From Sedimentisphaeraceae bacterium JB056 (GTDB lineage: Bacteria > Planctomycetota > Phycisphaerae > Sedimentisphaerales > Sedimentisphaeraceae): a stretch of 64,000 bases of DNA. The position numbers and the translations under genes are program-made. Each line of letters opens with the position of its first letter. The stretch's first letter is position 1. Positions 49,728 through 60,224 of this stretch are shown here, in pieces. Location of the stretch: NCBI GenBank assembly GCA_044440125.1, contig JBITAJ010000024.1, forward strand, positions 14,576 to 78,575, in the 5' to 3' direction. The notes beneath the pieces are model-generated. The model did not search any database. It worked only from the letters and a program-made list of their open reading frames with translations, and was not told where the DNA came from.

Positions 49728-52598
49728 TCACTCTTTTATGCAAATTGTTACTATAGATGCTTTAGAAGCCTTGAATTTTATAGTATCCGATTGGACATCG
49801 AGAACATCTAAAACTCTTTCCTGATCCATTGAAACCAAAGAGGCTGCTTTTATTGATGTATTGAACTTTATCTGCGAATCAATATCACAATCTGCCGAAT
49901 TATAAACCCTTAGAATGTAACCATCAGCATCTTTATAGAATGCCGAAACACTCAATTTATCAGAAGGGTTTATATCTATCAGCGAGGCTGAAGGAGCGGC
50001 AGCACCATCCTTCGGCACACCCTGCAACACTCTTACCGGCGTGCGGTAATCATCGGCAATACTCAGGATGCAGGCATCCTGCCAGTTGCCTTTGTGCAGA
50101 CATATCGCATATTCAAATTCAAGCTTACCGATACAATGCTGTCCGGTATTACGATCAAATTCTTCAGGAGTCATCAGACCACGATTGGCCTTCATATACG
50201 CCCGAGAAGTACGCATTAAGGTTATCGCAAGCGTCCTCTGGGCATCATCAACAACCTCATACTCACCAAGCCCCTTGCTCATAAACGAGAAACCTTCTTT
50301 TTCATCACTGACGGTTACAAACCTTTGCATTGGCTGGTATGGGTGATGTTCTTCCATGTTATCAGCAACATCGTTCCACTGGATGCATCTTTTAACTACA
50401 TCAAATGGAGCATCAGCATAGGCGTAGTTTGTATCAACGCCCGTTGGCATCATAATTCTGAGCCTGTGGTCTTTTGCATGATTGTCTATAACGGTCTTAA
50501 TCTCTACAAGCGAGCTACCCTTCTTTAGCGTAACAAACGTAGCGATAGGCAACGCAACATTATTTTGCGACCTGTCCTTGCTATTGTGCTCTGCCCTGTC
50601 AGGAACCATCATTTCAAGTTCTATCTTCCAGGTTGCTCTGTGGGCGTTGTTTTCCACAAGCGTAAGCGATGCATTGTTACAAAGGCTTGTAACCATAAAA
50701 TCTCTAAGCGTACCCTTATGCTTGTGGGCATTGCCGGTACTAGCATCATCACAGAAATAATGCAGGCCGTTGCAAACCTTACCCGTTTGCTTGTCTGTCA
50801 GGTCAAATGTACCATTACTGTTTATCTCTACCTTTATAAATTCATTCTCTAATGTGCCATTGTTTGCCGCAATAAGCTCTCTGTCGCCATTTGGTTTAGG
50901 AGAGTAATTATATTCCCTAAGCTTTGGACGAACGGCATAAGTCTTATAGCCCATTGCAGGCATATCAACCTCTATGAGCAATCTATTTCGCAGTATATCA
51001 TAAACTGCCGCATTAGCGTCAAGCTTTCGTTCAACCTCCATATCAACATCCTCACGTTCAAGTATAGTATAAGGAATCTTGTTTCCTTCTTCGTCAACTA
51101 TATCAAAGTATTGGAAGGTGAGCATTTTATCAGGTTCAAAACCCTCAACAATAGGACCAACACCCGTACAGGTCTCTACCTTAAAATCACCGAAATCAGG
51201 TCTTGGAGTATCAATAACAACCTGCTCTATTCGCCTTCTCTGATTCGGCAATGTATTAAAGAACGTAAGCGTCAAATCACCATCTTCAAATTTACCCTTC
51301 GTATCAATCTTTGTCCAAATCTCCTCACATGCCTTGCGAGAACATTCTCTTGCTATTGATGTTGCAGCACGGAAACGGAACGGATTATCTTCATGTGCCT
51401 GATCTATTGCCGCACCGCATATACTATCATGAGCGTGATTTTTAAGCAGATATAACCAAGCACGATCAAGAAGCACGTTCTCATAACTGCCCCCGAGCAT
51501 TGCACTCATTGCAGAAAGAGGCTCTGCTACATTAATAAGCTCACGCTGAGCCAAATCGTTCATCAATTTCAGATTCATTCTTGAAGAATGAGTAGAACCA
51601 AGCAAACCATTGAAACCAGCTTCTATAAGCGTATATCTCATCTCTCCCTTATGAACGTGAATATCTCCGGCATCAAGTCCGTCAAGACAGGCATCTACAT
51701 ATTCATCAATACCCGACTGCTTTACAATACAATCAGACTGATTTTTATTGATACAATCAATAAGCTCAGGTAAACGGCTGTAAGGCACAGCATTATCTTC
51801 CATGTCCAATGCAAGCATCTGATTATTTATCATCTGCGGCTGTGCCTGAGCCACAAGCATACGCATAGCCTTGCTAACATCTTCAGGGTTGCCGTTAAAA
51901 TCATTACTTTCATTTTTCATTTGAAAAGCTGTCTCATATAATCCGGCATCGGCCATATGGACAGGCCAGTCAGCCGGGTTCCACTTGGTACTGAGATCTC
52001 TTGGATATTTTCCAAGAACGAGCATATAATGCGGGAAAAAGAACCAGTTAGTGCGTGTTACTTCATCGAAGCACCTTATATGATAAACTTGAGTACCATC
52101 TGGACTTTCGAGCTTGCATATAGGTGGCACCTGGTGCTTATTTGTACCGCGATAACTCATCGCAGCCTTAACACCGAAACCTGAATAAATTTGTGCAAAC
52201 TGAGAAATCTGACCATAAGATGTAGCAGTATAACCGGTATTAACCGCCCCGCCAAACTTTTGAGCCATACGCTTACCAACAAGAAGATTACGGATAAGAG
52301 CCTCTGGAGCAACCGTACTCATCTCTGGAAGCGTGTACCACATCACAGTCTCAATACGACCATCCTGCATTAATTGCCTTAGCCTTTGCTCATTTTCAGG
52401 ACGTACATTCAGATAATCCTCAATAACTACAGTACCGCCATCAAGCAGAAAGCATTTATAATCAGGATTTGTTTCAATAATATCAAGAAGTTCATCAATA
52501 AGCTCTGCAAGCCTCAATAACGACTGCTCTGCCGTAAAACGCCATTCTCTATCCCAATGTGTACCTGATATAACGTGAACTATATTCTTATCGCTCAT
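49728..52598 (-). CDS. cytoplasmic GH38 (MngB-like) alpha-mannosidase homolog
   Basis: HVISGTHWDREW, FLLDG, EALIRNL, STHSSR, NHAHDSICG, DHRLR; start at ATG 52598. Confidence 0.85.
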   Translation of the reverse strand: MSDKNIVHVISGTHWDREWRFTAEQSLLRLAELIDELLDIIETNPDYKCFLLDGGTVVIEDYLNVRPENEQRLRQLMQDGRIETVMWYTLPEMSTVAPEALIRNLLVGKRMAQKFGGAVNTGYTATSYGQISQFAQIYSGFGVKAAMSYRGTNKHQVPPICKLESPDGTQVYHIRCFDEVTRTNWFFFPHYMLVLGKYPRDLSTKWNPADWPVHMADAGLYETAFQMKNESNDFNGNPEDVSKAMRMLVAQAQPQMINNQMLALDMEDNAVPYSRLPELIDCINKNQSDCIVKQSGIDEYVDACLDGLDAGDIHVHKGEMRYTLIEAGFNGLLGSTHSSRMNLKLMNDLAQRELINVAEPLSAMSAMLGGSYENVLLDRAWLYLLKNHAHDSICGAAIDQAHEDNPFRFRAATSIARECSRKACEEIWTKIDTKGKFEDGDLTLTFFNTLPNQRRRIEQVVIDTPRPDFGDFKVETCTGVGPIVEGFEPDKMLTFQYFDIVDEEGNKIPYTILEREDVDMEVERKLDANAAVYDILRNRLLIEVDMPAMGYKTYAVRPKLREYNYSPKPNGDRELIAANNGTLENEFIKVEINSNGTFDLTDKQTGKVCNGLHYFCDDASTGNAHKHKGTLRDFMVTSLCNNASLTLVENNAHRATWKIELEMMVPDRAEHNSKDRSQNNVALPIATFVTLKKGSSLVEIKTVIDNHAKDHRLRIMMPTGVDTNYAYADAPFDVVKRCIQWNDVADNMEEHHPYQPMQRFVTVSDEKEGFSFMSKGLGEYEVVDDAQRTLAITLMRTSRAYMKANRGLMTPEEFDRNTGQHCIGKLEFEYAICLHKGNWQDACILSIADDYRTPVRVLQGVPKDGAAAPSASLIDINPSDKLSVSAFYKDADGYILRVYNSADCDIDSQIKFNTSIKAASLVSMDQERVLDVLDVQSDTIKFKASKASIVTICIKE

Positions 52599-52602
52599 AT
52601 TC

Positions 52603-54657
52603 TTACCCTTTATTTTGCTCAAATTCTATTTTTATATCCACACCTTCTGCTCTGGATGGAACAGTAATCAAAATTGTACAAGAATCGTCCCGGCAATGGC
52701 AAAGAGACAATTTTTTACCATCAGATTCAGCAGATATGTTTTTTACGGTTCTACCACCAAGCGATATTTTAGCCGCCGTTTCTGTAACTTTAGGAGCTTT
52801 AAGACAAAAATGCAGAACATCATCAAAATATTTTTCCTTCATCAACCTGTAGGTAGTATGAAGAACACACGGCACATCATTCAGTTTCGATGACACATCC
52901 TTAAATATACCATATTGTCCAGGCTCCAGATTAATTCCATTCTGCAAAGACAAATTCTCTTCAAATACATTAACAAACAAACCGTCCAACAAATATTGTT
53001 CGGTTTGTGAATACGCAATCACAAAATCGCCGCGTCTTACCGCGAAATAACCACTCTGCTCAGTAACATTATTTGTTAAAGAAGCCGCCTTGCTAACGAC
53101 ATCAACATAATCAGAAGGAGTCTCTTTATAATAAACAACCTCACCCTCACCGTATCCCCAAGAACCTGCGTCTAATTCAAATCCAAACCCATCAAGCAAC
53201 GCATCAGTAGGCGAATCAAGTCCTTTGTCTTTCCACCAAAAACTCTCTTCTCTGTCAAGTTCATCACTTTCATGACCAATAACAACAAGAACGCCGCCAT
53301 TAGAAACCCATTCAATAAGTAGCTCATTCATCCATTGTTCATAAGGCTTAAAATCCTTATAAGATACTACTATTACACTGAATCTTTTTGTATATTCGAC
53401 ATCAGCAAGTCGCTCCATAATAAAGTTGGAAGCCAATATCCCCTTGTGAAGAAGCGGCAAACGCAGACCATAAAGTCCATCAAGTATAACCTCTTCATTT
53501 TTTTGCCACATAGTACTGTCAGCAACAGCAATACCGATTTGCCCCTGTGAATTACACGAAAGCCAATCTCCACCAAGCCGAACATCCTGCAAAACCTGTG
53601 TTACAGAAAGTATCTGCTTTAAATAACCGGCAGGAACAAGCTCCTGAGCATTATCTTCAATGCCGGGAGTAAATGTATTGTTCAGGAAAACACGTTCCGG
53701 CCACGGCATTATCTCGTAAGAATCAATATCAGTCATCATAAGCATAGCAACCGTACATTGCTGATACCATGACTTGAAATCTTCCCAGTCATGATTAGGA
53801 TCATCCTCTACAGGATCAACAAGCAGCCACATCTTCTTGTCCGTACCGATAACTAATTGTGCAAAATAATCATAAAGCACTATCGCCGAAGTGAAGAATG
53901 ATTTTTCATCAGAGTTGTAATTTTTAAGAGCCCAGTTGATAGGACCTGTCCAAACCTGACCAATATAACCGTCAAAATCGTCATTTTTCAGAGACAAACC
54001 AAGCGGAGCAACTATATTGGTTGCCTTATTGCTGAATATAGAATGTACGGGTACTACAAAATCAATATTCTTATTATTCTCAGAAGCATACTGCTTTGTA
54101 AATTCAGCAAGCGTTGTTTCGAGATTATTGTAAAGTACAGACTTGAGATAAGCCGTCTTATAGTACGCGATAGCCGACGAGTTCTCTCCCTGCCATTTTG
54201 TATTATAATACTTCTCATAAATCAGCTTGAAAGCATCTTCATAACCGCTGAATGTATGAGCTAAAGGCTCTTCGGGTAAAACAGCATTAACCCCGTTATC
54301 CAAAGAAGGACGAACCTTTTTATCTATAAGGTATTTTATCCAACCTTCTGTCGGCAGCATATAAGGTCTTATCCCCGAGCACATAACAGTGTTGCCTTCA
54401 CTGTCAACTTCCGTCTCATCTGTATGAGACTCGCCATCCCAAAGCCCCTTCCAATATTCATTAAGATCATCAGAATCGGAAAAAAACATACGACCGATAA
54501 CATCAGCCTTGCCCTTCCAGGAATCATGCATCCTGATATTATTATGAGGTAAAATATTATGAGGGTGCAAAACAACAGCATCTGTTGAGAAATCGAGCTG
54601 CCTGTCATATTCCTTATTAGTCTGAAAAAACGTCTTTGAGTCTGTAAATTTAGCCAT
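52603..54657 (-). CDS. conserved hypothetical protein, possible glycoside hydrolase
   Basis: PYMLPT, PEEP, GYIGQVWTG, DPVEDDP, YEIMPWPERVF; C-terminal WVSNGGVLV resembles a beta-galactosidase trimerisation-like fold; embedded in mannosidase operon. Confidence 0.5.
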   Translation of the reverse strand: MAKFTDSKTFFQTNKEYDRQLDFSTDAVVLHPHNILPHNNIRMHDSWKGKADVIGRMFFSDSDDLNEYWKGLWDGESHTDETEVDSEGNTVMCSGIRPYMLPTEGWIKYLIDKKVRPSLDNGVNAVLPEEPLAHTFSGYEDAFKLIYEKYYNTKWQGENSSAIAYYKTAYLKSVLYNNLETTLAEFTKQYASENNKNIDFVVPVHSIFSNKATNIVAPLGLSLKNDDFDGYIGQVWTGPINWALKNYNSDEKSFFTSAIVLYDYFAQLVIGTDKKMWLLVDPVEDDPNHDWEDFKSWYQQCTVAMLMMTDIDSYEIMPWPERVFLNNTFTPGIEDNAQELVPAGYLKQILSVTQVLQDVRLGGDWLSCNSQGQIGIAVADSTMWQKNEEVILDGLYGLRLPLLHKGILASNFIMERLADVEYTKRFSVIVVSYKDFKPYEQWMNELLIEWVSNGGVLVVIGHESDELDREESFWWKDKGLDSPTDALLDGFGFELDAGSWGYGEGEVVYYKETPSDYVDVVSKAASLTNNVTEQSGYFAVRRGDFVIAYSQTEQYLLDGLFVNVFEENLSLQNGINLEPGQYGIFKDVSSKLNDVPCVLHTTYRLMKEKYFDDVLHFCLKAPKVTETAAKISLGGRTVKNISAESDGKKLSLCHCRDDSCTILITVPSRAEGVDIKIEFEQNKG

Positions 54658-54684
54658 TTTGTATCATTCAATTTGTATATGATT

Positions 54685-56706
54685 TCAGGAAACTCTACGA
54701 TTATTGGCAAAATGTTCCTTGTTATCTTCGTCAGGATAGAAATTATCTTCAGGCAATTTTCTATACCAGAAATAATACACACCCAAAAGACTCAGAAGGC
54801 ATATTATCAGAGTTATAACAAGTGCCGTATAATTTCTGATGATAAACAGCATTGGAAGCATGAACAATGTAACCTGCCATAAAACAGTAAAAGGAAGAGC
54901 TAAAATATCATTTTTGTGTTCCTTATCCATTACGGCTCTGGTTTCGGAGCTAAGAATGTTTTTATATTTACCCCAAAAACCAAATGGCTTTGTTGTTTTA
55001 TAAAAATTATTTACAATATTATCATCGGTTGGTTTTGTCAAATATGTTCCAACTACAGAAGCAATCAAACCTATAACAAACATCAAAATAAACATCTTCC
55101 AATCATTAAGTTCACCAACCGGCAAAACAGCGACAAGTAATGCCCAAATCTGTTTATGTAAAACTGCGGCAACAAGACCAACAACAGTACCTATCGCAAA
55201 ACCGCCGCCGTTAAACCGCCACCAATAAAGCCTAAGCACACTCGGCACAAGCAAGCCGCCTCCAAGTCCCATTGTTATCCAGCCCCATATAGCGTTAACT
55301 GACGGAATCTTATAAGCAAATATGAAACCTAATACAACAACTGCAATTGAAAATGCCCAGCTCACATAAATCAACTCTTTATTTGTCGCCTTTGGCTTAA
55401 ATTTCTGATAAATATCACGTGTAAAGAAACCTGTCGCCATATTCACATTAGAATCAAATGTGGACATTGAAGCAGCAACAAGTGCTATAAGAATCATACC
55501 CCTAAAGCCTACCGGTATATTATGAAGTATAACAGACGGCAAGATTTTTTCAGGATTTACTGTACCCTCGAAACTCAACAAATGTAATTTTGATGCCCAA
55601 TCCGCACCAAGTACAGAACTTAATGATTCAGCAATATTCATATATTCATCTGGATTATTCGTTATATTGGCTAACAAACTTGGCCAGCCGCTTTTGTCAA
55701 CAGACTCAAAATTAACTTTAATTATATCAGCTGCCTGTAACAAGACTGCTTGGTCAGGGAACATATCTCTAACTAAAAATACACCCAATACCGCAAATGC
55801 AATCATCATAGGCCAACGGAAAGTCATTAAAAATATCCATAGGATTGTCAGTTTTCCGCATTCTGCATCATTTCTTGCACCAAAATACTTTGGCTCATTG
55901 CCCATTCCCATTCCTCCGAAAATATTCCTAAGCAGATAGAAAAAGCTAAACAGCATCAAATGTTTATAAGCTTCATAACCGCTTGGCATTTCAGTTTTCC
56001 ACTGAAGCTTAGAACTCATCCAGTCACTGTTGCCGGTTACTGATGTTACAAGATTAGGGAAATCATCAATCGTACCAATCTTAACAACTGCCATAACTGA
56101 GATGGCCGCAACTGCCACCAAAATTATTACTGATTGAAAAATATCAGTAAATACCACACCATAAAAACCGGAAACCATTGTGTATATAGTAGCTATACCA
56201 ACAAGTATTATTGCACACCAAAAGGGTGTTAAAGGAATGAACATTGAGAGAAATAAGCCAACTCCCTTTACCATATAAGCAATCATACCAACAGTACCTG
56301 TAATTGATGCAAGTGCTGATACCAACTGTGCAAACTGTCCACCGAAACCTCTACCAAACCGGTAAAGCATCCACTCTGCACCGGTAATACATTGGCTTCG
56401 CCTGTGCCATTTACCTGTCCAGAGCATTGTTACTGCCAGTATTAATGCAACACCACCTCTAAACTCTATATATAAACCGCGAGGTCCAAGAAGGAATAGA
56501 AATGACACAATAAGCATTGTTCCCGCTACATCAAGAAAATTCGCCATACCGGAAATACCAAGCGCCCACCATGGTATATTGCGCCCGCCAAGAAAATAAT
56601 CTTCGATACTTGCAGAAGCCTTCTTTTGAAGATACAACCCAAGAACTACAAGAATAGAAAAATAGACACCTATAACACTATAATCAAATACGTTTAAATA
56701 TTGCAT
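54685..56706 (-). CDS. sodium:solute symporter family transporter
   Basis: EDYFLGGRNIPWW, GVVFTDIFQ, AASMSTFDS, YWWRFN; many TM helices. Confidence 0.9.
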   Translation of the reverse strand: MQYLNVFDYSVIGVYFSILVVLGLYLQKKASASIEDYFLGGRNIPWWALGISGMANFLDVAGTMLIVSFLFLLGPRGLYIEFRGGVALILAVTMLWTGKWHRRSQCITGAEWMLYRFGRGFGGQFAQLVSALASITGTVGMIAYMVKGVGLFLSMFIPLTPFWCAIILVGIATIYTMVSGFYGVVFTDIFQSVIILVAVAAISVMAVVKIGTIDDFPNLVTSVTGNSDWMSSKLQWKTEMPSGYEAYKHLMLFSFFYLLRNIFGGMGMGNEPKYFGARNDAECGKLTILWIFLMTFRWPMMIAFAVLGVFLVRDMFPDQAVLLQAADIIKVNFESVDKSGWPSLLANITNNPDEYMNIAESLSSVLGADWASKLHLLSFEGTVNPEKILPSVILHNIPVGFRGMILIALVAASMSTFDSNVNMATGFFTRDIYQKFKPKATNKELIYVSWAFSIAVVVLGFIFAYKIPSVNAIWGWITMGLGGGLLVPSVLRLYWWRFNGGGFAIGTVVGLVAAVLHKQIWALLVAVLPVGELNDWKMFILMFVIGLIASVVGTYLTKPTDDNIVNNFYKTTKPFGFWGKYKNILSSETRAVMDKEHKNDILALPFTVLWQVTLFMLPMLFIIRNYTALVITLIICLLSLLGVYYFWYRKLPEDNFYPDEDNKEHFANNRRVS

Positions 56707-56724
56707 ATAAAATTCCTTTTGATC

Positions 56725-59700
56725 TTATTTAACAGGTGTACCAAAATTATCTCTCAGAAGAATCATAAATTCTTCTGCGGTTACAACCCTTGTATTTTCA
56801 GGCAATAAATCAATAGTTCTCTTTACTGCTTCCATAGGTCCGCCTATATCTCCCAAAGGCCTGTTAACTTGTTGCAAGGGACCAGCAACGTTGCCATAAG
56901 ACCAGGCATGTACATTTATCAATGCGTAACTATCTTGATTAGTTGCCGGCGAGCTTGGCATCTTTGAAATAGATTCAGCTACCTCTTTAGGCATACCTCC
57001 CTCAAGTCCTTCCCAAAGTACATATTTGTAAGAAACAGCCGGCTTGCCATTATGCCAGTATATTTGACCGGCAAATTTATGATAAGGAGCGAAATCCTTA
57101 TAAAGAACACCGTCAATCTCTTCTCTTTCAAGATAATCTCTACTTATTTCAATGTTACCATCAGCATCAAGAATTGTCAGTAGTGATAGTTGAGCAGCTT
57201 TCATATCTTCTGCTGTTTGCGTTGCATACTCTTTATTATCTGTTCTGTAACTTGGGAAACAATATCCGCTTCCACTTGGTCCGGCAACAAAACAATCTTT
57301 ATAATTGCCAGATGCCGCTGTTTTATAGAAATAATCAAGACCAAAGCTGCATACATCTGCCATATCTGGAGCCATCTCCCAAGACATATTAAAATCACCG
57401 CGATTTCCATTAGCCCAGAAACCATAATCAGTCACAAAGCCACCAGCCATCCATTGTATATTATCCCCATCGGTCATTACAAAAGCAACGATTCTTTCGC
57501 CCTCCTTCACCGGCTTAGGAACAACTTTATCCCTCTTAGTTATTGGAAATTTCAGTGAATCCATCACAGACAAGTTACGGCACCAATTAGCTGGTACAGT
57601 TGTCGCATTATTATTACTGACATCTTTAACCCAGCCGTATTCATCCGCCCCCCAGCCATAAACCAATGGTGATGGCCCAAAATAGCTTAGTATTTCACTT
57701 TGAAGCTCTTCGTCAACACCATAATAAGTAAAACAGTTGTTAGCTATAGCAAAATCACGCAGATAAATATTCTTCGCCGGATCCTGTTCTACAACCATAC
57801 CTCTAACAAAAAACTCTTTGTATTCATCAAACAATTTCCTTGCATCATAACCACTAACATCTTTAATAACAGGTATTTGCACATTTTTAAGATGCGAAAC
57901 CATTTGTTTTGTTACTGCGATTGCATTAAAAGGACCACACAAAGAAGTTGCCGCATTTATGCTTCCATTGCTTGGATCATAAACGATCGCGCCACTTATG
58001 CGATTCTTAAATCTTAAAAGCATCTCCCAAGGGGTATCAACTTCTATTATTTTATTACCATTAGCCCTTAACTTTTGAACCATTAAAGAACTTATACCAC
58101 CGCTTCGAACCATTATCACATCTTCACTGTCATCAGCAAGAAGACCCTGAAGAGTGACAACCATAGTCTGCTCTGCAGGAGCAAATGTCAAAACATCAAC
58201 AAGCCAAATATTACGATTCAGGTTTTGTTCTTTAAGCTCATCGATAACTTTATTAGTCTCAATGGCATCATGCTCCATCCTCACTCTCCAGACAAACTCC
58301 TCAATATTGACAACACTAACATCTTCTTTAATCCGGTCATACAAATCTTTAACCGCATCAAGACCAGATACCTTTTGCCCATCAATATCATAAGTAGACC
58401 AGGCATGATTAGATACAATACCTAAATTATTACTATCTGAACTCACTTTTTGAGCTCTTATAAGTTTTGCTATTTTTTCAGGACTGCCGCCCCGCTGCCA
58501 ACTTGCCCCTGCCCATGTACTGTACTTAACAGTAACAACAGGTATCTCAATACCATCTTTATTCTTGAACCAGAATATATCACCATCACCACCGTCATAA
58601 GGGGCATACTGCATAGCAACCATACCAATGATACCATCAAGCTCTTTTGAAAAAATCCGGTAAGCCTCTTTAGCATTTTCTCCTCTGACATCCTGGCACA
58701 ACATACAAATGACATTAACACCTGTCTTTTTTAGAGACTCTGAATACCTCTTTGCATATTGAGATAACAACTCTTTTCTATTACTTCTCTCTGAAGCAAA
58801 TAAATCAGGATAAAAATAACCACCAGAAAAATCAACTAATGATGTTGACTTGGGCTGCGATTTGGCTCTATAATTTAAGGTTTCAGGCGATACTTGAACT
58901 AAATTTGCAGAAGCTGTAGTCCAGGACATTGGAAATTTACCATGATTTTCATTTGCCCATATAGACTTGCTGAAATTGAATCCACCCATATTCCACTGTA
59001 CATTATCACCATCACTGAATAAAAATGAAGTATAAGATTGTTTATTATCAAAATCAATATTCCACGGCTGGGACTGTTTGGCAGGGGTAACAGAAGCTTT
59101 ATTTGAACCAGCTGAGATTACTGGAATATTTATACACCAATCTGAAACAGTCTCAAAAAGCCCCCACTTAGTCGCAAGGCTTACATGCCCAAACTCATCA
59201 CCAACATTCCAGCCCATTACAGGACTAAGAGGCTTAAGCCACTTATAAACTTCTTCAACTACCTCATCAATACCGTAAACAGCCATACATCTATGTGCAA
59301 TAGCCATATCACGCATATTAGCCTTATCTGGTGCTGCCGCGAGGACAAGCTTTCTATTAAGTTTACTCTTATACTTTTTAAGAACCTCTAAAGACTTTCT
59401 GCCTCTGGCATCATAAAGCATCTCAAGCCCAAGCCCCTTAACCTTATTTTCGACACTTTCTTCAACCAATATACCACCTAAAACACCAGAAACACTGGTA
59501 GCAATATTCACGCTTCGATCAGATTCGCAATCAGCAGTATCATTTTGAGAGTAAAGAATATAGCCATTGATAATACCTTTATCAAAGTACTCACCTATAA
59601 GCTCCCAAACATCAACTTCTCTAAGCCCATCTATTTCGAGCCGTCTAACTGTTTTATTGAAAAGGTATTCATACTCCTGTGAGTTAGCCTGTATCCAAAC

Positions 59701-59916
59701 TAATTCATCATACTTACCTTCATTGACATTCTGAGCAGCCAGACCAGAGAGTGATTGTGCAAGCATCTGTTGCGGTAAACTACCATCATACGACAGTTTA
59801 ACTATTTTAGAAGGCACATTTTGTTTAGGCCACCAATAATCAACATCTGCAAATACCGGCGATATTCCAATAAAACATAAAAACATAGAAAGAACAAATC
59901 TCATACGAAACCTCAT
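56725..59916 (-). CDS. secreted protein with two tandem GxGYxYP modules
   Basis: Module 1 SDGDNVQW and SGGYFYP; module 2 TDGDNIQW and SGSGYCFP; both with HAWS. Confidence 0.8.
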   Translation of the reverse strand: MRFRMRFVLSMFLCFIGISPVFADVDYWWPKQNVPSKIVKLSYDGSLPQQMLAQSLSGLAAQNVNEGKYDELVWIQANSQEYEYLFNKTVRRLEIDGLREVDVWELIGEYFDKGIINGYILYSQNDTADCESDRSVNIATSVSGVLGGILVEESVENKVKGLGLEMLYDARGRKSLEVLKKYKSKLNRKLVLAAAPDKANMRDMAIAHRCMAVYGIDEVVEEVYKWLKPLSPVMGWNVGDEFGHVSLATKWGLFETVSDWCINIPVISAGSNKASVTPAKQSQPWNIDFDNKQSYTSFLFSDGDNVQWNMGGFNFSKSIWANENHGKFPMSWTTASANLVQVSPETLNYRAKSQPKSTSLVDFSGGYFYPDLFASERSNRKELLSQYAKRYSESLKKTGVNVICMLCQDVRGENAKEAYRIFSKELDGIIGMVAMQYAPYDGGDGDIFWFKNKDGIEIPVVTVKYSTWAGASWQRGGSPEKIAKLIRAQKVSSDSNNLGIVSNHAWSTYDIDGQKVSGLDAVKDLYDRIKEDVSVVNIEEFVWRVRMEHDAIETNKVIDELKEQNLNRNIWLVDVLTFAPAEQTMVVTLQGLLADDSEDVIMVRSGGISSLMVQKLRANGNKIIEVDTPWEMLLRFKNRISGAIVYDPSNGSINAATSLCGPFNAIAVTKQMVSHLKNVQIPVIKDVSGYDARKLFDEYKEFFVRGMVVEQDPAKNIYLRDFAIANNCFTYYGVDEELQSEILSYFGPSPLVYGWGADEYGWVKDVSNNNATTVPANWCRNLSVMDSLKFPITKRDKVVPKPVKEGERIVAFVMTDGDNIQWMAGGFVTDYGFWANGNRGDFNMSWEMAPDMADVCSFGLDYFYKTAASGNYKDCFVAGPSGSGYCFPSYRTDNKEYATQTAEDMKAAQLSLLTILDADGNIEISRDYLEREEIDGVLYKDFAPYHKFAGQIYWHNGKPAVSYKYVLWEGLEGGMPKEVAESISKMPSSPATNQDSYALINVHAWSYGNVAGPLQQVNRPLGDIGGPMEAVKRTIDLLPENTRVVTAEEFMILLRDNFGTPVK

Positions 59917-59960
59917 ATATCAGAAAAAATATTAACGTAATAAGTACAATATATATTAAA

Positions 59961-60025
59961 ATTTTAAGCAATAAAATACATCTATCAATCCTAATAAGCG
60001 ATATAATATACCGTTTTTGCGCAAA
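59961..60025 (-). promoter_or_regulatory. tandem activator half-sites overlapping a sigma70 promoter (copy 3)
   Basis: TTTGCGCAAAAACGGTATATTATATCGCTTATTAGGATTG, then TTGATA-16-TAAAAT; 24 nt identical to 45907-45930. Confidence 0.72.
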
Positions 60026-60224
60026 GCCAGCTCCATTTATGGTATCTACCACTCAATTTTACAAGGAAAACTACTGGATTTCAGAATTACTCATTGAAGG
60101 CGGATAGCTTCCCGGCTCCTTTCCCCAATCAGTCAACTTGGGATTAGAAGTCATTGTAAAAATGCAAGGTTCTAGGCAGATTAAGCAACAACTTTTCTGT
60201 AGATTTTTTATGAGCAGTAACAAA

